Below, one piece after another: positions 9,424-17,948 of a stretch of DNA of 64,000 nucleotides. Below the pieces are notes generated by a model, which saw only the letters and a list, made by a program, of their open reading frames with translations, was not told the DNA's origin and did not search any database. Numbering within the stretch: the first letter of the stretch is position 1; every line of letters begins with the position of its first letter. The DNA lies in assembly GCA_035654055.1 (NCBI GenBank), contig DASRXW010000090.1:3777-67776 (forward strand). Reading direction: 5' to 3'. The translations under genes and the position numbers were made by a program. Origin of the DNA: Conexibacter sp. (lineage in GTDB: Bacteria > Actinomycetota > Thermoleophilia > Solirubrobacterales > Solirubrobacteraceae).

Positions 9424-9451
9424 CTCAGCTCGCGCGGCGGATCAGCTCAGC
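9408..9451. repeat. 22-bp tandem duplication (1 mismatch)
   Basis: TCGCGCGGCGGATTAGCTCAGC followed directly by TCGCGCGGCGGATCAGCTCAGC. Confidence 0.85.
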
Positions 9452-9504
9452 GATCCGCGTGCCGCCGCGAGGTCGCCGGCGGCGACGCCGGTGACGAGAA
9501 CGCG

Positions 9505-12500
9505 CTACGCCCGCGCCACCGCCACGACGACCGCGAGCGGCTCGCCGTCGACGTCGACGGGTGGGGCGGGCGGGGCCGCGACTCCGGCGCTGCCGCCGGG
9601 CTCCCCGTCGCCGTCGTACGCCACCAGCGTTGCGAGCGTCTCAGCCGCGAGGTAGCGCTCGTGCGCCCGCGCGGCGCCGAGCAGCTCCGCGCTGCCGGCG
9701 AGCCGCAGCTCGATGCGGTCGGTCACCGCGACGCCGGCCTCTCTGCGCGCCGCCTGCACGACCCGCACGATCTCCCGCGCGAGCCCCTCGCGCCGCAGCC
9801 GCTCTTCGATCGTCGTGTCGACGGCGACCGTCAAGGCGCCGCGCGAGGACAGCACGAGCCCGTGCCGCGGCTCGTGTCGCACCAGGATGTCGTTCTCCGC
9901 CAGCGCATAGGTGTGCGTCGGGTCCAGCTCGTCGCCGGTCGCGACCGACACCGCGATCACGCCGTGGTCGTGCAGCGCGCGCAGCGCCTCCTCGCCGTCG
10001 CGGGCGCGCAGCGCCTCGACCACCGCGCGCATGTCCTTCCCGCAGCGCGGCCCGAGTCTCTGGAGGTTCGGCAGGACGACCGGCCGCTCCAGCTCCTCGG
10101 ACGAGCCGACGACCTCGATCGCCTTCACGTTCAGCTCGCTCAGCACCAGCTCGCGCAAGCGGCCGACCGCGTCCGCCGTCCTCGCGTCGCCGCACACGAC
10201 CACGCGCGGCAGCGGCTGGCGCAGCCTCACCTTCGAGCGTGCACGGGCGTCGCGGCCCAGCTCGATCGTCTCGCGGGCCAGCGCCATGTCCTGCTCCAGC
10301 TGCACGTCGCGCAGCCCGGCGTCCGCGTCCGGGTAGTCGCACAGGTGGACCGAGTCCGGCGCCGCGCCGAAGTCCCCCGCAAGCCCGCCGACGAGGTTCG
10401 AGTAGATCTCCTCGGCCAGGAACGGGACCGCCGGGGCGAGCAGCTTCGCCGTCTCCACGAGGCACTCGCGCAGGGTGGCCAAGGCGGCGGCGTCGCCCTC
10501 CCAGAAACGCCGCCGCGACAGCCGCACGTACCAGTTCGAGAGGTCCTCGACCCACTCGGCCGCCAGCCGCACCGCCGTCGTCGCGTCGAACGCGTCGATC
10601 CGCTCGCGCATCTGCTCGGTCAGCGCCTGCAGGCGCGAGATCGCCCAGCGGTCCAGGGCCGGGCGCTCCGAGACCGCTGGGGCGCCGGAGCCGTCGAACG
10701 ACTCGATGTTCGCGTACAGCACGTAGAAGCCGTACGTCGTCCACAGCGGCAGCAGCAGCTCGCGCATCCCCTCGTGGACCGCCTCGGCCGAGAAGCGGTA
10801 GCCGGCCCATGGCTGCTGGGACGCGAGGTAGTACCAGCGGAACGCGTCGGCGCCGTGCGTGTCGAGCACGTCCCACGGGTCGACCGCGTTGCCGCGGCTC
10901 TTCGACATCTTGTGGCCCTTCGCATCCGTCACGTGGCCGACGCAGACGGCGTGCTTGAACGGGATGTCCCCGAACAGGAGAGTGGAGACCGCAAGCGAGG
11001 TGTAGAACCACCCGCGCGTCTGGTCGATCCCCTCGCATATGAACGTCGGCGGGAACTGCTGGGCGACCTCGCGCTTGCCCTCGAACGGGTAGTGGAACTG
11101 CGCGAACGGCATGCAGGCCGAGTCGTACCAAGTGTCGATCGTCGCCTTCACGCGGCGCATCGCGCCCCCGCAGCCCTCGACCGTGCAGCCCCACGTGACG
11201 TCGTCGATGAACGGCCGGTGCAGGTCCTGCGGCAGCGCGCCGGCGACCTCGCGCAGCTCCGCCAGCGAGCCGACGCAGTGGCGCGCGTCGCAGCCGTCGG
11301 CGTCGCACTCCCAGATCGGCAGCGGCGTGCCCCAGTAGCGGTCGCGCGACAGCGCCCAGTCGACGTTGCCCTGCAGCCAGTTGCCGAAGCGCCCGTCGCG
11401 CACGTGCTCGGGGCGCCAGTCGATCCGCTGGTTCTGCGCGAGCATGTCGTGGCGGCGGTCGCGCGTGCCGATGTACCAGCTCTCCTTGGCGTAGTAGAGG
11501 AGCTTCGAGTCGCAGCGCCAGCAGTGCGGGTAGCTGTGCGCGTACGGCTCGGTGTCCCACAGCTTGCCGGCGGCGTGCAGCTCCTCGATCACCCTTGGCC
11601 CGGCGTCGCCGACGAACGTCCCCTCATAACCCGTGATGCGCTCGTCGTAGGTGCCGTCGTCCCGCACGGGGTTGATCAAGGGGATCCCGTGCCGCTCGCA
11701 CAGCACGAAGTCCTCCTCCCCGAACGCCATCGCCGTGTGCACGAGCCCGGTGCCCTTGTCGAGCACGACGTGGTCGCCGACGAGGACAGTGTGGCCCTTC
11801 GGCCCGTGGTCAAGCAGGCGGTCGAACGGCGGCTCGTAGCGCGTGTCGACGATCGCGCGGCCCGAGAAGCGGTCGAGGATCTCGGCCGCGTCCCCGAGCA
11901 CGTCGGCGACGCGCTCCTCCGCCACCACCACGACCTCGGCGCCGACCCGCGCGCGCACGTACGTCAGCGTCGGGCTGATCGCGACCGCGCAGTTGGCGAA
12001 CAGCGTCCACGGCTGCGTCGTCCAGATCAGCAGCGCGTCGCCGGGCTTCAGCGGCCCGCGGGGCTCGACGACCGGCAGCCTGACGGTCGCGGTCACGTCC
12101 TCCGTGTCGGCGTAGCCCATCGCCGTCTCGTGCGAGGAGAGGCCGGTGCCGCAGCGCGGGCAGTAGGGGACGACCTTGTGTCCCTTGTAGATGAGCCCTC
12201 TGTCCCACAGCTCGTGCAGCGACCACCAGACCGACTCGACGTACTCCGGGTCGCCGGTGCGGAACGCCCCCTCGAGGTCGATCCAGAAGCCGACGCGCTC
12301 GGTCAGCCGCTCCCAGCTCGCGATGTAGTGCGCGTTCGACCGGCGGCAGCGCTCGTTGAACTCGGCGATCCCGTACGTCTCGATCTCGCGCTTGGAGTTG
12401 AGGCCCAGCTCGCGCTCGACCTGCAGCTCGACCGGCAGGCCGTGGCAGTCCCAGCCCGCCTTGCGCGGCGCGTGGAAGCCGCGCATCGTCTTGTAGCGCA

Positions 12501-12720
12501 GGTAGGTGTCCTTGAACGAGCGCAGCAGCACGTGGTGCGAGCCGGGATCGCCGTTGGCGGTCGGCGGCCCCTCGGAGAAGCTGAAGACCTCCCCGCCCTC
12601 GCGCGCGGCGAGCGAGCGTTCGAAGGTGCGGTCCTCGCGCCAGCGCTCGAGCACGCGCTGCTCGAGCGCCGGGAAGTCCGGGCGCTTGTCGACCGGCCGA
12701 TGCACGTCCCCCATCGCCAT
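9505..12720 (-). CDS. ileS: Isoleucyl-tRNA synthetase, type 2 (likely cluster-associated paralogue)
   Basis: EGPPTANGDPGSHH, GWDCHGLPVE, DWALSRDRYWGTPLP, EGIDQTRGWFY, KMSKSRGN; IleRS2-type C-terminus. Confidence 0.95.
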   Translation of the reverse strand: MAMGDVHRPVDKRPDFPALEQRVLERWREDRTFERSLAAREGGEVFSFSEGPPTANGDPGSHHVLLRSFKDTYLRYKTMRGFHAPRKAGWDCHGLPVELQVERELGLNSKREIETYGIAEFNERCRRSNAHYIASWERLTERVGFWIDLEGAFRTGDPEYVESVWWSLHELWDRGLIYKGHKVVPYCPRCGTGLSSHETAMGYADTEDVTATVRLPVVEPRGPLKPGDALLIWTTQPWTLFANCAVAISPTLTYVRARVGAEVVVVAEERVADVLGDAAEILDRFSGRAIVDTRYEPPFDRLLDHGPKGHTVLVGDHVVLDKGTGLVHTAMAFGEEDFVLCERHGIPLINPVRDDGTYDERITGYEGTFVGDAGPRVIEELHAAGKLWDTEPYAHSYPHCWRCDSKLLYYAKESWYIGTRDRRHDMLAQNQRIDWRPEHVRDGRFGNWLQGNVDWALSRDRYWGTPLPIWECDADGCDARHCVGSLAELREVAGALPQDLHRPFIDDVTWGCTVEGCGGAMRRVKATIDTWYDSACMPFAQFHYPFEGKREVAQQFPPTFICEGIDQTRGWFYTSLAVSTLLFGDIPFKHAVCVGHVTDAKGHKMSKSRGNAVDPWDVLDTHGADAFRWYYLASQQPWAGYRFSAEAVHEGMRELLLPLWTTYGFYVLYANIESFDGSGAPAVSERPALDRWAISRLQALTEQMRERIDAFDATTAVRLAAEWVEDLSNWYVRLSRRRFWEGDAAALATLRECLVETAKLLAPAVPFLAEEIYSNLVGGLAGDFGAAPDSVHLCDYPDADAGLRDVQLEQDMALARETIELGRDARARSKVRLRQPLPRVVVCGDARTADAVGRLRELVLSELNVKAIEVVGSSEELERPVVLPNLQRLGPRCGKDMRAVVEALRARDGEEALRALHDHGVIAVSVATGDELDPTHTYALAENDILVRHEPRHGLVLSSRGALTVAVDTTIEERLRREGLAREIVRVVQAARREAGVAVTDRIELRLAGSAELLGAARAHERYLAAETLATLVAYDGDGEPGGSAGVAAPPAPPVDVDGEPLAVVVAVARA

Positions 12721-12724
12721 CCCC

Positions 12725-13525
12725 CTACGCCTCGGCCGACAGCGTCAGCTCCAGCCGCTTGTTGATTCTGCCCTTGCTCTTGTAGGAGGGGATCGCGATC
12801 GTCCCCACCTCGCTCGTGTCGGCGACGTGCGTGCCGCCGTCCGCCTGCAGGTCGAGCCCCTCGATCCCGACGACGCGCACGACGCGGATCGCCGGCGGCA
12901 GCAGGCTCACCTTGTTGCGGATCAGGTCGGGATCCTGGTCGGCCTGCTCGCGCGGGAGGAAGTCGACGCGCGTCGGGCGCGCCGCTGCGACCTCTTCGTT
13001 GACGCGCGCCTCGATCTCGCGCACCAGCTCCGCCGAGAGGCTCTCGAACTCGAAGTCCATGCGACCGCGCAGCGGCTCCATGTTCGCGCCCGTGACCTTC
13101 GCGCCGTAGTCGCGCCACACGACCGCGCACAGGACGTGCAGCGCGGTGTGCGTGCGCATCAGCGCGTAGCGGCGCTCCCAGTCGACCTCGCACTCGACCT
13201 CGGTGCCCGCCGGCGGCGGCTGCTCGCCGTCGAGGTGGTACCAGACCTCGCCCGCCACGGAGCGCGCACCGGTCAGGGACCAGGTGCGCGCTCCGTCGGT
13301 CACGCTGCCGCGGTCGTGCGGCTGGCCGCCGCCCCCCGGATAGAAGGCGCTGCGGTCGAGCTGCACGGCCTCCCCCTCGACAGCCGTGATCGTGGCGGGG
13401 AAGCGGCGGCAGTACGCGTCGACCTGGTAGAGCGGCGCGTCGTCGTCTGGGGGCCCGCCTCCGGCGGCCACATGGCCGCCTTCGGCACCCCTCGACGCCC
13501 GCGTCCCTGCGGCTGCGTCAGACAA
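12725..13525 (-). CDS. AlaX-type free-standing aminoacyl-tRNA editing protein
   Basis: FYPGGGGQPHD, MRTHTALHVL (HxxxH), DLQADGGTHV. Start uncertain; TTG overlaps the hydratase stop. Confidence 0.88.
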   Translation of the reverse strand: MSDAAAGTRASRGAEGGHVAAGGGPPDDDAPLYQVDAYCRRFPATITAVEGEAVQLDRSAFYPGGGGQPHDRGSVTDGARTWSLTGARSVAGEVWYHLDGEQPPPAGTEVECEVDWERRYALMRTHTALHVLCAVVWRDYGAKVTGANMEPLRGRMDFEFESLSAELVREIEARVNEEVAAARPTRVDFLPREQADQDPDLIRNKVSLLPPAIRVVRVVGIEGLDLQADGGTHVADTSEVGTIAIPSYKSKGRINKRLELTLSAEA

Positions 13526-14342
13526 GGCGCGCGCTCACCTCCCCCAGGCGGTCGAACGTCGCGTATGCCGCCTGCCCGGCGGCGATCGGCACGGCCCGCG
13601 CCACCGAGCCCGGCAGCACGATGTCGCCCGGCTCGAGCCGCTCGCCGCTGTGCGCCAGGGTGCCGGCGAGCCATGCGACGGCCTCGGCGGGATGGCCGAG
13701 CACGGCGTCGCCACGCCCCCTGACGATCTCCGGCCCCAGCGCGAGGCTGACGCCGAGCTCCTCGACGCGGACGTCCTCCGCGTCGTGCCAGTCGCCGATC
13801 ACCGCCATCCCGGAGGACGCGTTGTCGGCGACCGTGTCGACGATCCCGATGCGCCACTGCGCGATCCGCGAGTCGATGATCTCGAGCGCCGGCGCGAACG
13901 ACTGCGTCGCCTCGAGCACCTCCTCGCGCGTGACGCCCGGGCCCTGCAGGCCGCTCTTGAGGAGGAACGCTATCTCCGCCTCGACGCGCGGCTGGATGAA
14001 GCGGTGGGCTCTCAGCTGCGCGCCCGAGTTGACGACCATCGACTCGAGCAGGTAGCCGCCGTCCGGCTGGTCCACCCCCATCATCTCCTGCATCGCGGCG
14101 CTCGTGAGGCCGACCTTCCAGCCGCGCAGCTCCTCGCCCTCGGCGGTCCGCAGCTGGCGGCCGACCGCCTGCACGCGGTAGGCGTCCCACAGGCCCAGCT
14201 CGGGGAACGTCGCGCTCAGCGGCTCGACCGGCTCCCCACGCAGCTCCGCGTGCCACAGCAGCCGCGCGAGCGCCTCGTGGTGCGGCGTCATCGGGCTCGC
14301 CTCCAGCAGCGCGGCGGTGAGCGACCCCGTGCGCAGTGCCAT
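13518..14342 (-). CDS. 2-keto-4-pentenoate hydratase family (MhpD/CymH-like, FAH fold)
   Basis: GWKVGLTS, QPRVEAEIAF, LEIIDSRI, DTVADNASSG; ATG at 14342 in a TGATG overlap. Confidence 0.92.
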   Translation of the reverse strand: MALRTGSLTAALLEASPMTPHHEALARLLWHAELRGEPVEPLSATFPELGLWDAYRVQAVGRQLRTAEGEELRGWKVGLTSAAMQEMMGVDQPDGGYLLESMVVNSGAQLRAHRFIQPRVEAEIAFLLKSGLQGPGVTREEVLEATQSFAPALEIIDSRIAQWRIGIVDTVADNASSGMAVIGDWHDAEDVRVEELGVSLALGPEIVRGRGDAVLGHPAEAVAWLAGTLAHSGERLEPGDIVLPGSVARAVPIAAGQAAYATFDRLGEVSARLV

Positions 14343-15388
14343 CACGCCACCTCCTCGCGTATCTGCATCTCGATTTCGACGTGGACCTCGAAGCCTTCGC
14401 GCAGCGCGGTGGCGACCTCGAGTATCACGTCCTCCTGCCCTGCGATCACCTCGCGCTTGCCGAGCGCGAAGAAGACGTCGCGGGGGTCGACGCCGAACTC
14501 CTCGGCGATGCGGCGGACCGGTCTCGAGTAGCCGGAGAAGACGCCGGCCAGCCCGCTCACGATCGTCACCGAGTCGGTCGTCGGGATCGTCTGCACCAGC
14601 TCGCGCTCGGCGAGGTCGGCCGCTTCGAGCAGCTTGTAGAGGTCGATCCCGGTCTCGTGGCCGAGCCGCTGCAGCACCGCGACGAGCACCTCGAGCTGCG
14701 TGTTGCCGGCGCCCGCGCCGAAGCCGCGCGCGGTGCCGTCGAGGATCGTCGCGCCCTCCTCGACGGCGGCGAGCGAGTTGGCGACGCCGAGCGCCACGTT
14801 GTCGTGCCCGTGGTAGCCGATGGCGAGATCGGTCGCCTCGACGAGCGCCGCAACGCGGCGGCGCACGTCGTCGATCAGCAGCGCGCCGGCGGAGTCCATC
14901 ACGATCGCCCCGCTCGCGCCGTAGACCTCCATCTTGCGCGCCTGCTCGACGAGCCCCTCCACGGTCGTCATGTGGCACATCATCAGGACGCCGTGCACCG
15001 GCTTGCCCTGCTCGCGCAGGTACCTGATGTGGCGCTCGGTGAGGTCCGCCTCGGTGCAGTGCGTGCCGACACGGAAGACGTCGGCACCCTCCTCGAGCGC
15101 GACGTCGAGGTCGCGGATCGTCGCGAAGCCGGGGATCCCGAACGCCTGCAGCTTCACGTCGGTGAGCTGCTCGCGCGCGATCCGCAGCATCTCGCGGTCG
15201 CTCAGCAGCGCCGGGCCGACCTGCAGCGACGACGCCCCGAGCCCGTTGCCGTGGCCGACCTCGACGACCGGCACGCCGGCGGCGTTCGCCGCCGCCGCGT
15301 AGTGGCGGATCTGCTCCGCCCCGAGCTGGTGCTTGACCGCGTGGTTCCCGTCCCGCAAGGTCGGGTCGCTGATCAGGATCTGTGCCAT
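14342..15388 (-). CDS. 4-hydroxy-2-oxovalerate aldolase family (DmpG/MhpE/CymF/NikB-like)
   Basis: DPTLRDGNH, EVGHGNGLG, THCTEAD, HGHDN, GAGAGN, GQED. Confidence 0.93.
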   Translation of the reverse strand: MAQILISDPTLRDGNHAVKHQLGAEQIRHYAAAANAAGVPVVEVGHGNGLGASSLQVGPALLSDREMLRIAREQLTDVKLQAFGIPGFATIRDLDVALEEGADVFRVGTHCTEADLTERHIRYLREQGKPVHGVLMMCHMTTVEGLVEQARKMEVYGASGAIVMDSAGALLIDDVRRRVAALVEATDLAIGYHGHDNVALGVANSLAAVEEGATILDGTARGFGAGAGNTQLEVLVAVLQRLGHETGIDLYKLLEAADLAERELVQTIPTTDSVTIVSGLAGVFSGYSRPVRRIAEEFGVDPRDVFFALGKREVIAGQEDVILEVATALREGFEVHVEIEMQIREEVA

Positions 15389-15420
15389 TTCCCCCCTGGT
15401 TCCCCCTCGGCTCCGCCGTC

Positions 15421-16305
15421 TCAGCCCGTCGCCGCGACGGCCTCGTCCTGCCACGCGGCCCGCGCCCGCTCCTCCGCCGCCGCGACGGCGGCGCAGGTGA
15501 TGATGTCCAGGTTCCCGGCGTAGGCCGGCAGGTAGTCGCCGACCCCGCGGATCTGCACCGTCATCGCGATCCGCCCGCCCTCGTAGAGCGGCGGCACGAC
15601 GAGCCGATAGCCCGGCACGTAGCGCTGCACGCGCAGGACCATCTCCTCGACCGCGGCCGTCAGCGCCTCCAGATCCGGTTCGTCGGTCGTCGCGAAGACG
15701 GTGTTCTGCATCGTGATCGGCGGGTTCGACGGGTTGACGATCAGGATCGTCTTCGCGTGCCCGACGCCCGTGAAGCGCGCGACCGCCGCCTCGGTCGTGG
15801 CGAGGTACTCGTCTATGTTGATGCGCGTCGCCGGGCCGACCGAGCGCGAGGCGCTCGTCGAGACGATCTCGACGTACTCGACGTGCGCGTGCGTCGCGAC
15901 GACGCAGGCCGCGAGCGGCACCGCCGCCTGGCCGCCGCACGTGACCATGCAGAGGTTCGGCTCGTGCGCGCAGTCGGCGAGGTTGAGCGCCGGGATGCAC
16001 AGCTCGCCGAGCTTCGCCGGGGTGAGGTCGATCACGGGGAGGCCGCGGGGCTCCAGCAGCTCCCAGTGGCGGCGCGCGTCGAGCGCAGAGGTCGCGTCGA
16101 AGACGAGATCGAGCTCGTCCGCGGCGTCGAGCACGGCTGCGATCGAGCGGTCGCTGACCGGCACGCCGAGGTCGCGCGCGGTGCGCATCCCGGGCGAGTC
16201 GAGGTTGCGCCCGGAGAACAGCGCGCACTCGAGCCACGACGAGCGCTGCACCTTCAGCAGCAGGTCGGTGCCGATGTTGCCCGTTCCGATGATCGCGACC
16301 CGCAT
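15421..16305 (-). CDS. Acylating aldehyde dehydrogenase (DmpF/MhpF/CymE/NikA-like)
   Basis: IIGTGNIGTDL, FDATSA, IDLTPA, catalytic MVTCGGQA, YAGNLDI. Confidence 0.93.
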   Translation of the reverse strand: MRVAIIGTGNIGTDLLLKVQRSSWLECALFSGRNLDSPGMRTARDLGVPVSDRSIAAVLDAADELDLVFDATSALDARRHWELLEPRGLPVIDLTPAKLGELCIPALNLADCAHEPNLCMVTCGGQAAVPLAACVVATHAHVEYVEIVSTSASRSVGPATRINIDEYLATTEAAVARFTGVGHAKTILIVNPSNPPITMQNTVFATTDEPDLEALTAAVEEMVLRVQRYVPGYRLVVPPLYEGGRIAMTVQIRGVGDYLPAYAGNLDIITCAAVAAAEERARAAWQDEAVAATG

Positions 16306-16308
16306 CGC

Positions 16309-16710
16309 TCAGGCCTCCGGCCGCGCCACCGGTTCGAGCAGGATCCCGAGGAACGGGCACGTGTCGGTCGCGACCTCGTGGACGACGAGGCAGTGGTGCG
16401 TGCCGGCCGGGATCAGCACCGAGGCCGGCGAGATCAGCTCGATGCGGTCGTCGGCCAGCTCGACCGTGAAGCGGCAGCCGGGCGTGACGCACAGGTAGAT
16501 CTCGTCGTGATCGTCGTGCACGTGGAGGTCGGCGTGCGGGGCGCCGATCAGCTGCGCCGCGTCCACGCCGGCGATGCTGAAGGGCGCGCCCGGCAGCGTC
16601 TCCGGCGTGACGAACATCGGCGTCGGCGCGTGGTGCCCGGCGAACTCCTGGAAGACGGGCAGGCCGTCGGTGACGATGACGCCGGAGCGCTCTGCGACCT
16701 GTACCGGCAC
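16309..16710 (-). CDS. Cupin-fold protein
   Basis: GTG at 16710 after a GAGG RBS; HVHDDHDEIY and IPAGTHH cupin motifs. Confidence 0.8.
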   Translation of the reverse strand: MPVQVAERSGVIVTDGLPVFQEFAGHHAPTPMFVTPETLPGAPFSIAGVDAAQLIGAPHADLHVHDDHDEIYLCVTPGCRFTVELADDRIELISPASVLIPAGTHHCLVVHEVATDTCPFLGILLEPVARPEA

Positions 16711-16715
16711 CGGCC

Positions 16716-17702
16716 TCAGTCCCCCTTCTCGTTGCGGTACAGCAGCAGGATCGCGCCCGGCAGCCCCAGCTCGCGCACCTCGCGCCGCGACCACCTGGCT
16801 GCTGTGAAGGCCTCATGCCAGCCCTCAGCGTCGAGCAACTCCTGACGCATGATCGCGTGCAGCAGCGTGAACTCCGGACGCCAGCGCTCGTCGTGCGCGC
16901 CGCTCGCCGGCTGCACCTCGGCGACGAGCATGTGCGCCCCGGCGGGCATCAGCCGGCCGAGCTTCGTCAGATAGGCGACGAGCGCCTCGCGGCCGTGCTC
17001 GAAGATCTCGTGCAGCAGGAAGTGCGCGACGGCGAGGTCCGCCTCGGCCAGCTCGGGGATCGCGTCGAGCTCGCCGGCGTCGCCGCAGCGGACGACGACC
17101 TTCCCGCTCAGCCCGGCCTCGCCGATCATCCGCGCGGCGTCCTCGCACGCCTCCGGGCTGAGGTCGACGCCGACGCCGCTCACGCCGAAGCGCTGCGCTG
17201 CGCCGATCAGGAAGCGCGCGTTGCCGCAGCCGAGGTCGACGACGCGGTGGAAGTCGAGCGAGCTCAGCACGTCGGTCGCATACGGCGCGACGTCGTCGCG
17301 GCCGATCAGCGCGGAGCCTTCGGCGACCCAGCGGCCGGCGCGCTCGACGTCCTTGCCGTAGCGGCGCGCGCCCGTGACGAAGTCGCCGAGCCCGGCGAGC
17401 ACGTGGCCGTATCCGCCTTGGAGCCACACGAGATAGCCCTTGTCGCGGCAGATCGCCTGCCCGCGCGCGGTGAGCGCGTAGGCGCCGTCGCGCTCCTCGA
17501 CCAGCTCGCGCTGCGCGAGGTAGCGCAGGGCGGCGAGCATGAGGCCGTCTTCCCCGTCCTGCGGATCGCCCGCGACCGGGCCGGCCTCGAGGCGCGCGAG
17601 CAGCCCGGCCTCGTCGAGCGAGGCGAGCACGCTCGCAAGTGCAAAGCCCTCGAACAGCTCGAACACAGGCCGCTGGGCGACGGCGGCGTCCACGGCGGTC
17701 AT
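16716..17702 (-). CDS. SAM-dependent alpha-keto-acid C3-methyltransferase (MppJ/MrsA/CymG-like)
   Basis: N-terminal winged-helix-like domain, WLQGGYG, VVDLGCGNA, and two His motifs (FLLHEIF, FTLLHAIM) placed like the MppJ metal ligands. Confidence 0.75.
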   Translation of the reverse strand: MTAVDAAVAQRPVFELFEGFALASVLASLDEAGLLARLEAGPVAGDPQDGEDGLMLAALRYLAQRELVEERDGAYALTARGQAICRDKGYLVWLQGGYGHVLAGLGDFVTGARRYGKDVERAGRWVAEGSALIGRDDVAPYATDVLSSLDFHRVVDLGCGNARFLIGAAQRFGVSGVGVDLSPEACEDAARMIGEAGLSGKVVVRCGDAGELDAIPELAEADLAVAHFLLHEIFEHGREALVAYLTKLGRLMPAGAHMLVAEVQPASGAHDERWRPEFTLLHAIMRQELLDAEGWHEAFTAARWSRREVRELGLPGAILLLYRNEKGD

Positions 17703-17757
17703 ACGATCCTGATCCCCCTTGATCGTCCCCCGACGCCGCCCCCGCGGCGCCCCGCTT

Positions 17758-17787
17758 GTTATATGCGGCGCCCTCCGCTTGCGTCAA
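17758..17787 (-). promoter_or_regulatory. Near-consensus sigma70 promoter for the methyltransferase-to-ileS operon
   Basis: TTGACG-N18-TATAAC on the minus strand, about 55 nt before ATG 17702; AAGGGGGA/AGGA RBS-like sequence. Confidence 0.7.
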
Positions 17788-17948
17788 GCGCGCCGGTCCC
17801 CGCGGATGCCGTTTCGCCGTCGCGCGAGCGCGTCCGGCGCGCGTCCCGCGGGCGCCGATCAGCCGGGGCAGCCGAATTCACGCGATCCCGAAGATCGCCG
17901 TCCCAACGCACCGGAACACGCCGCGACGATACGGCGCTTAACACCAGC

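Noticed and set aside
13518-16305. Ordinary aromatic meta-cleavage (mhpDFE) operon
   Set aside because: No dioxygenase, hydrolase or tautomerase in the unit; it is co-transcribed with a C-methyltransferase, cupin, AlaX and IleRS. The CatE-like gene is 7.6 kb away with its own operator. Not fully excluded.
12721-17948. T-box leader or tRNA gene for ileS (pyrrolysine-like cassette)
   Set aside because: ileS starts 4 nt after the AlaX stop, and I found no T-box motif or cloverleaf in 17703-17948.
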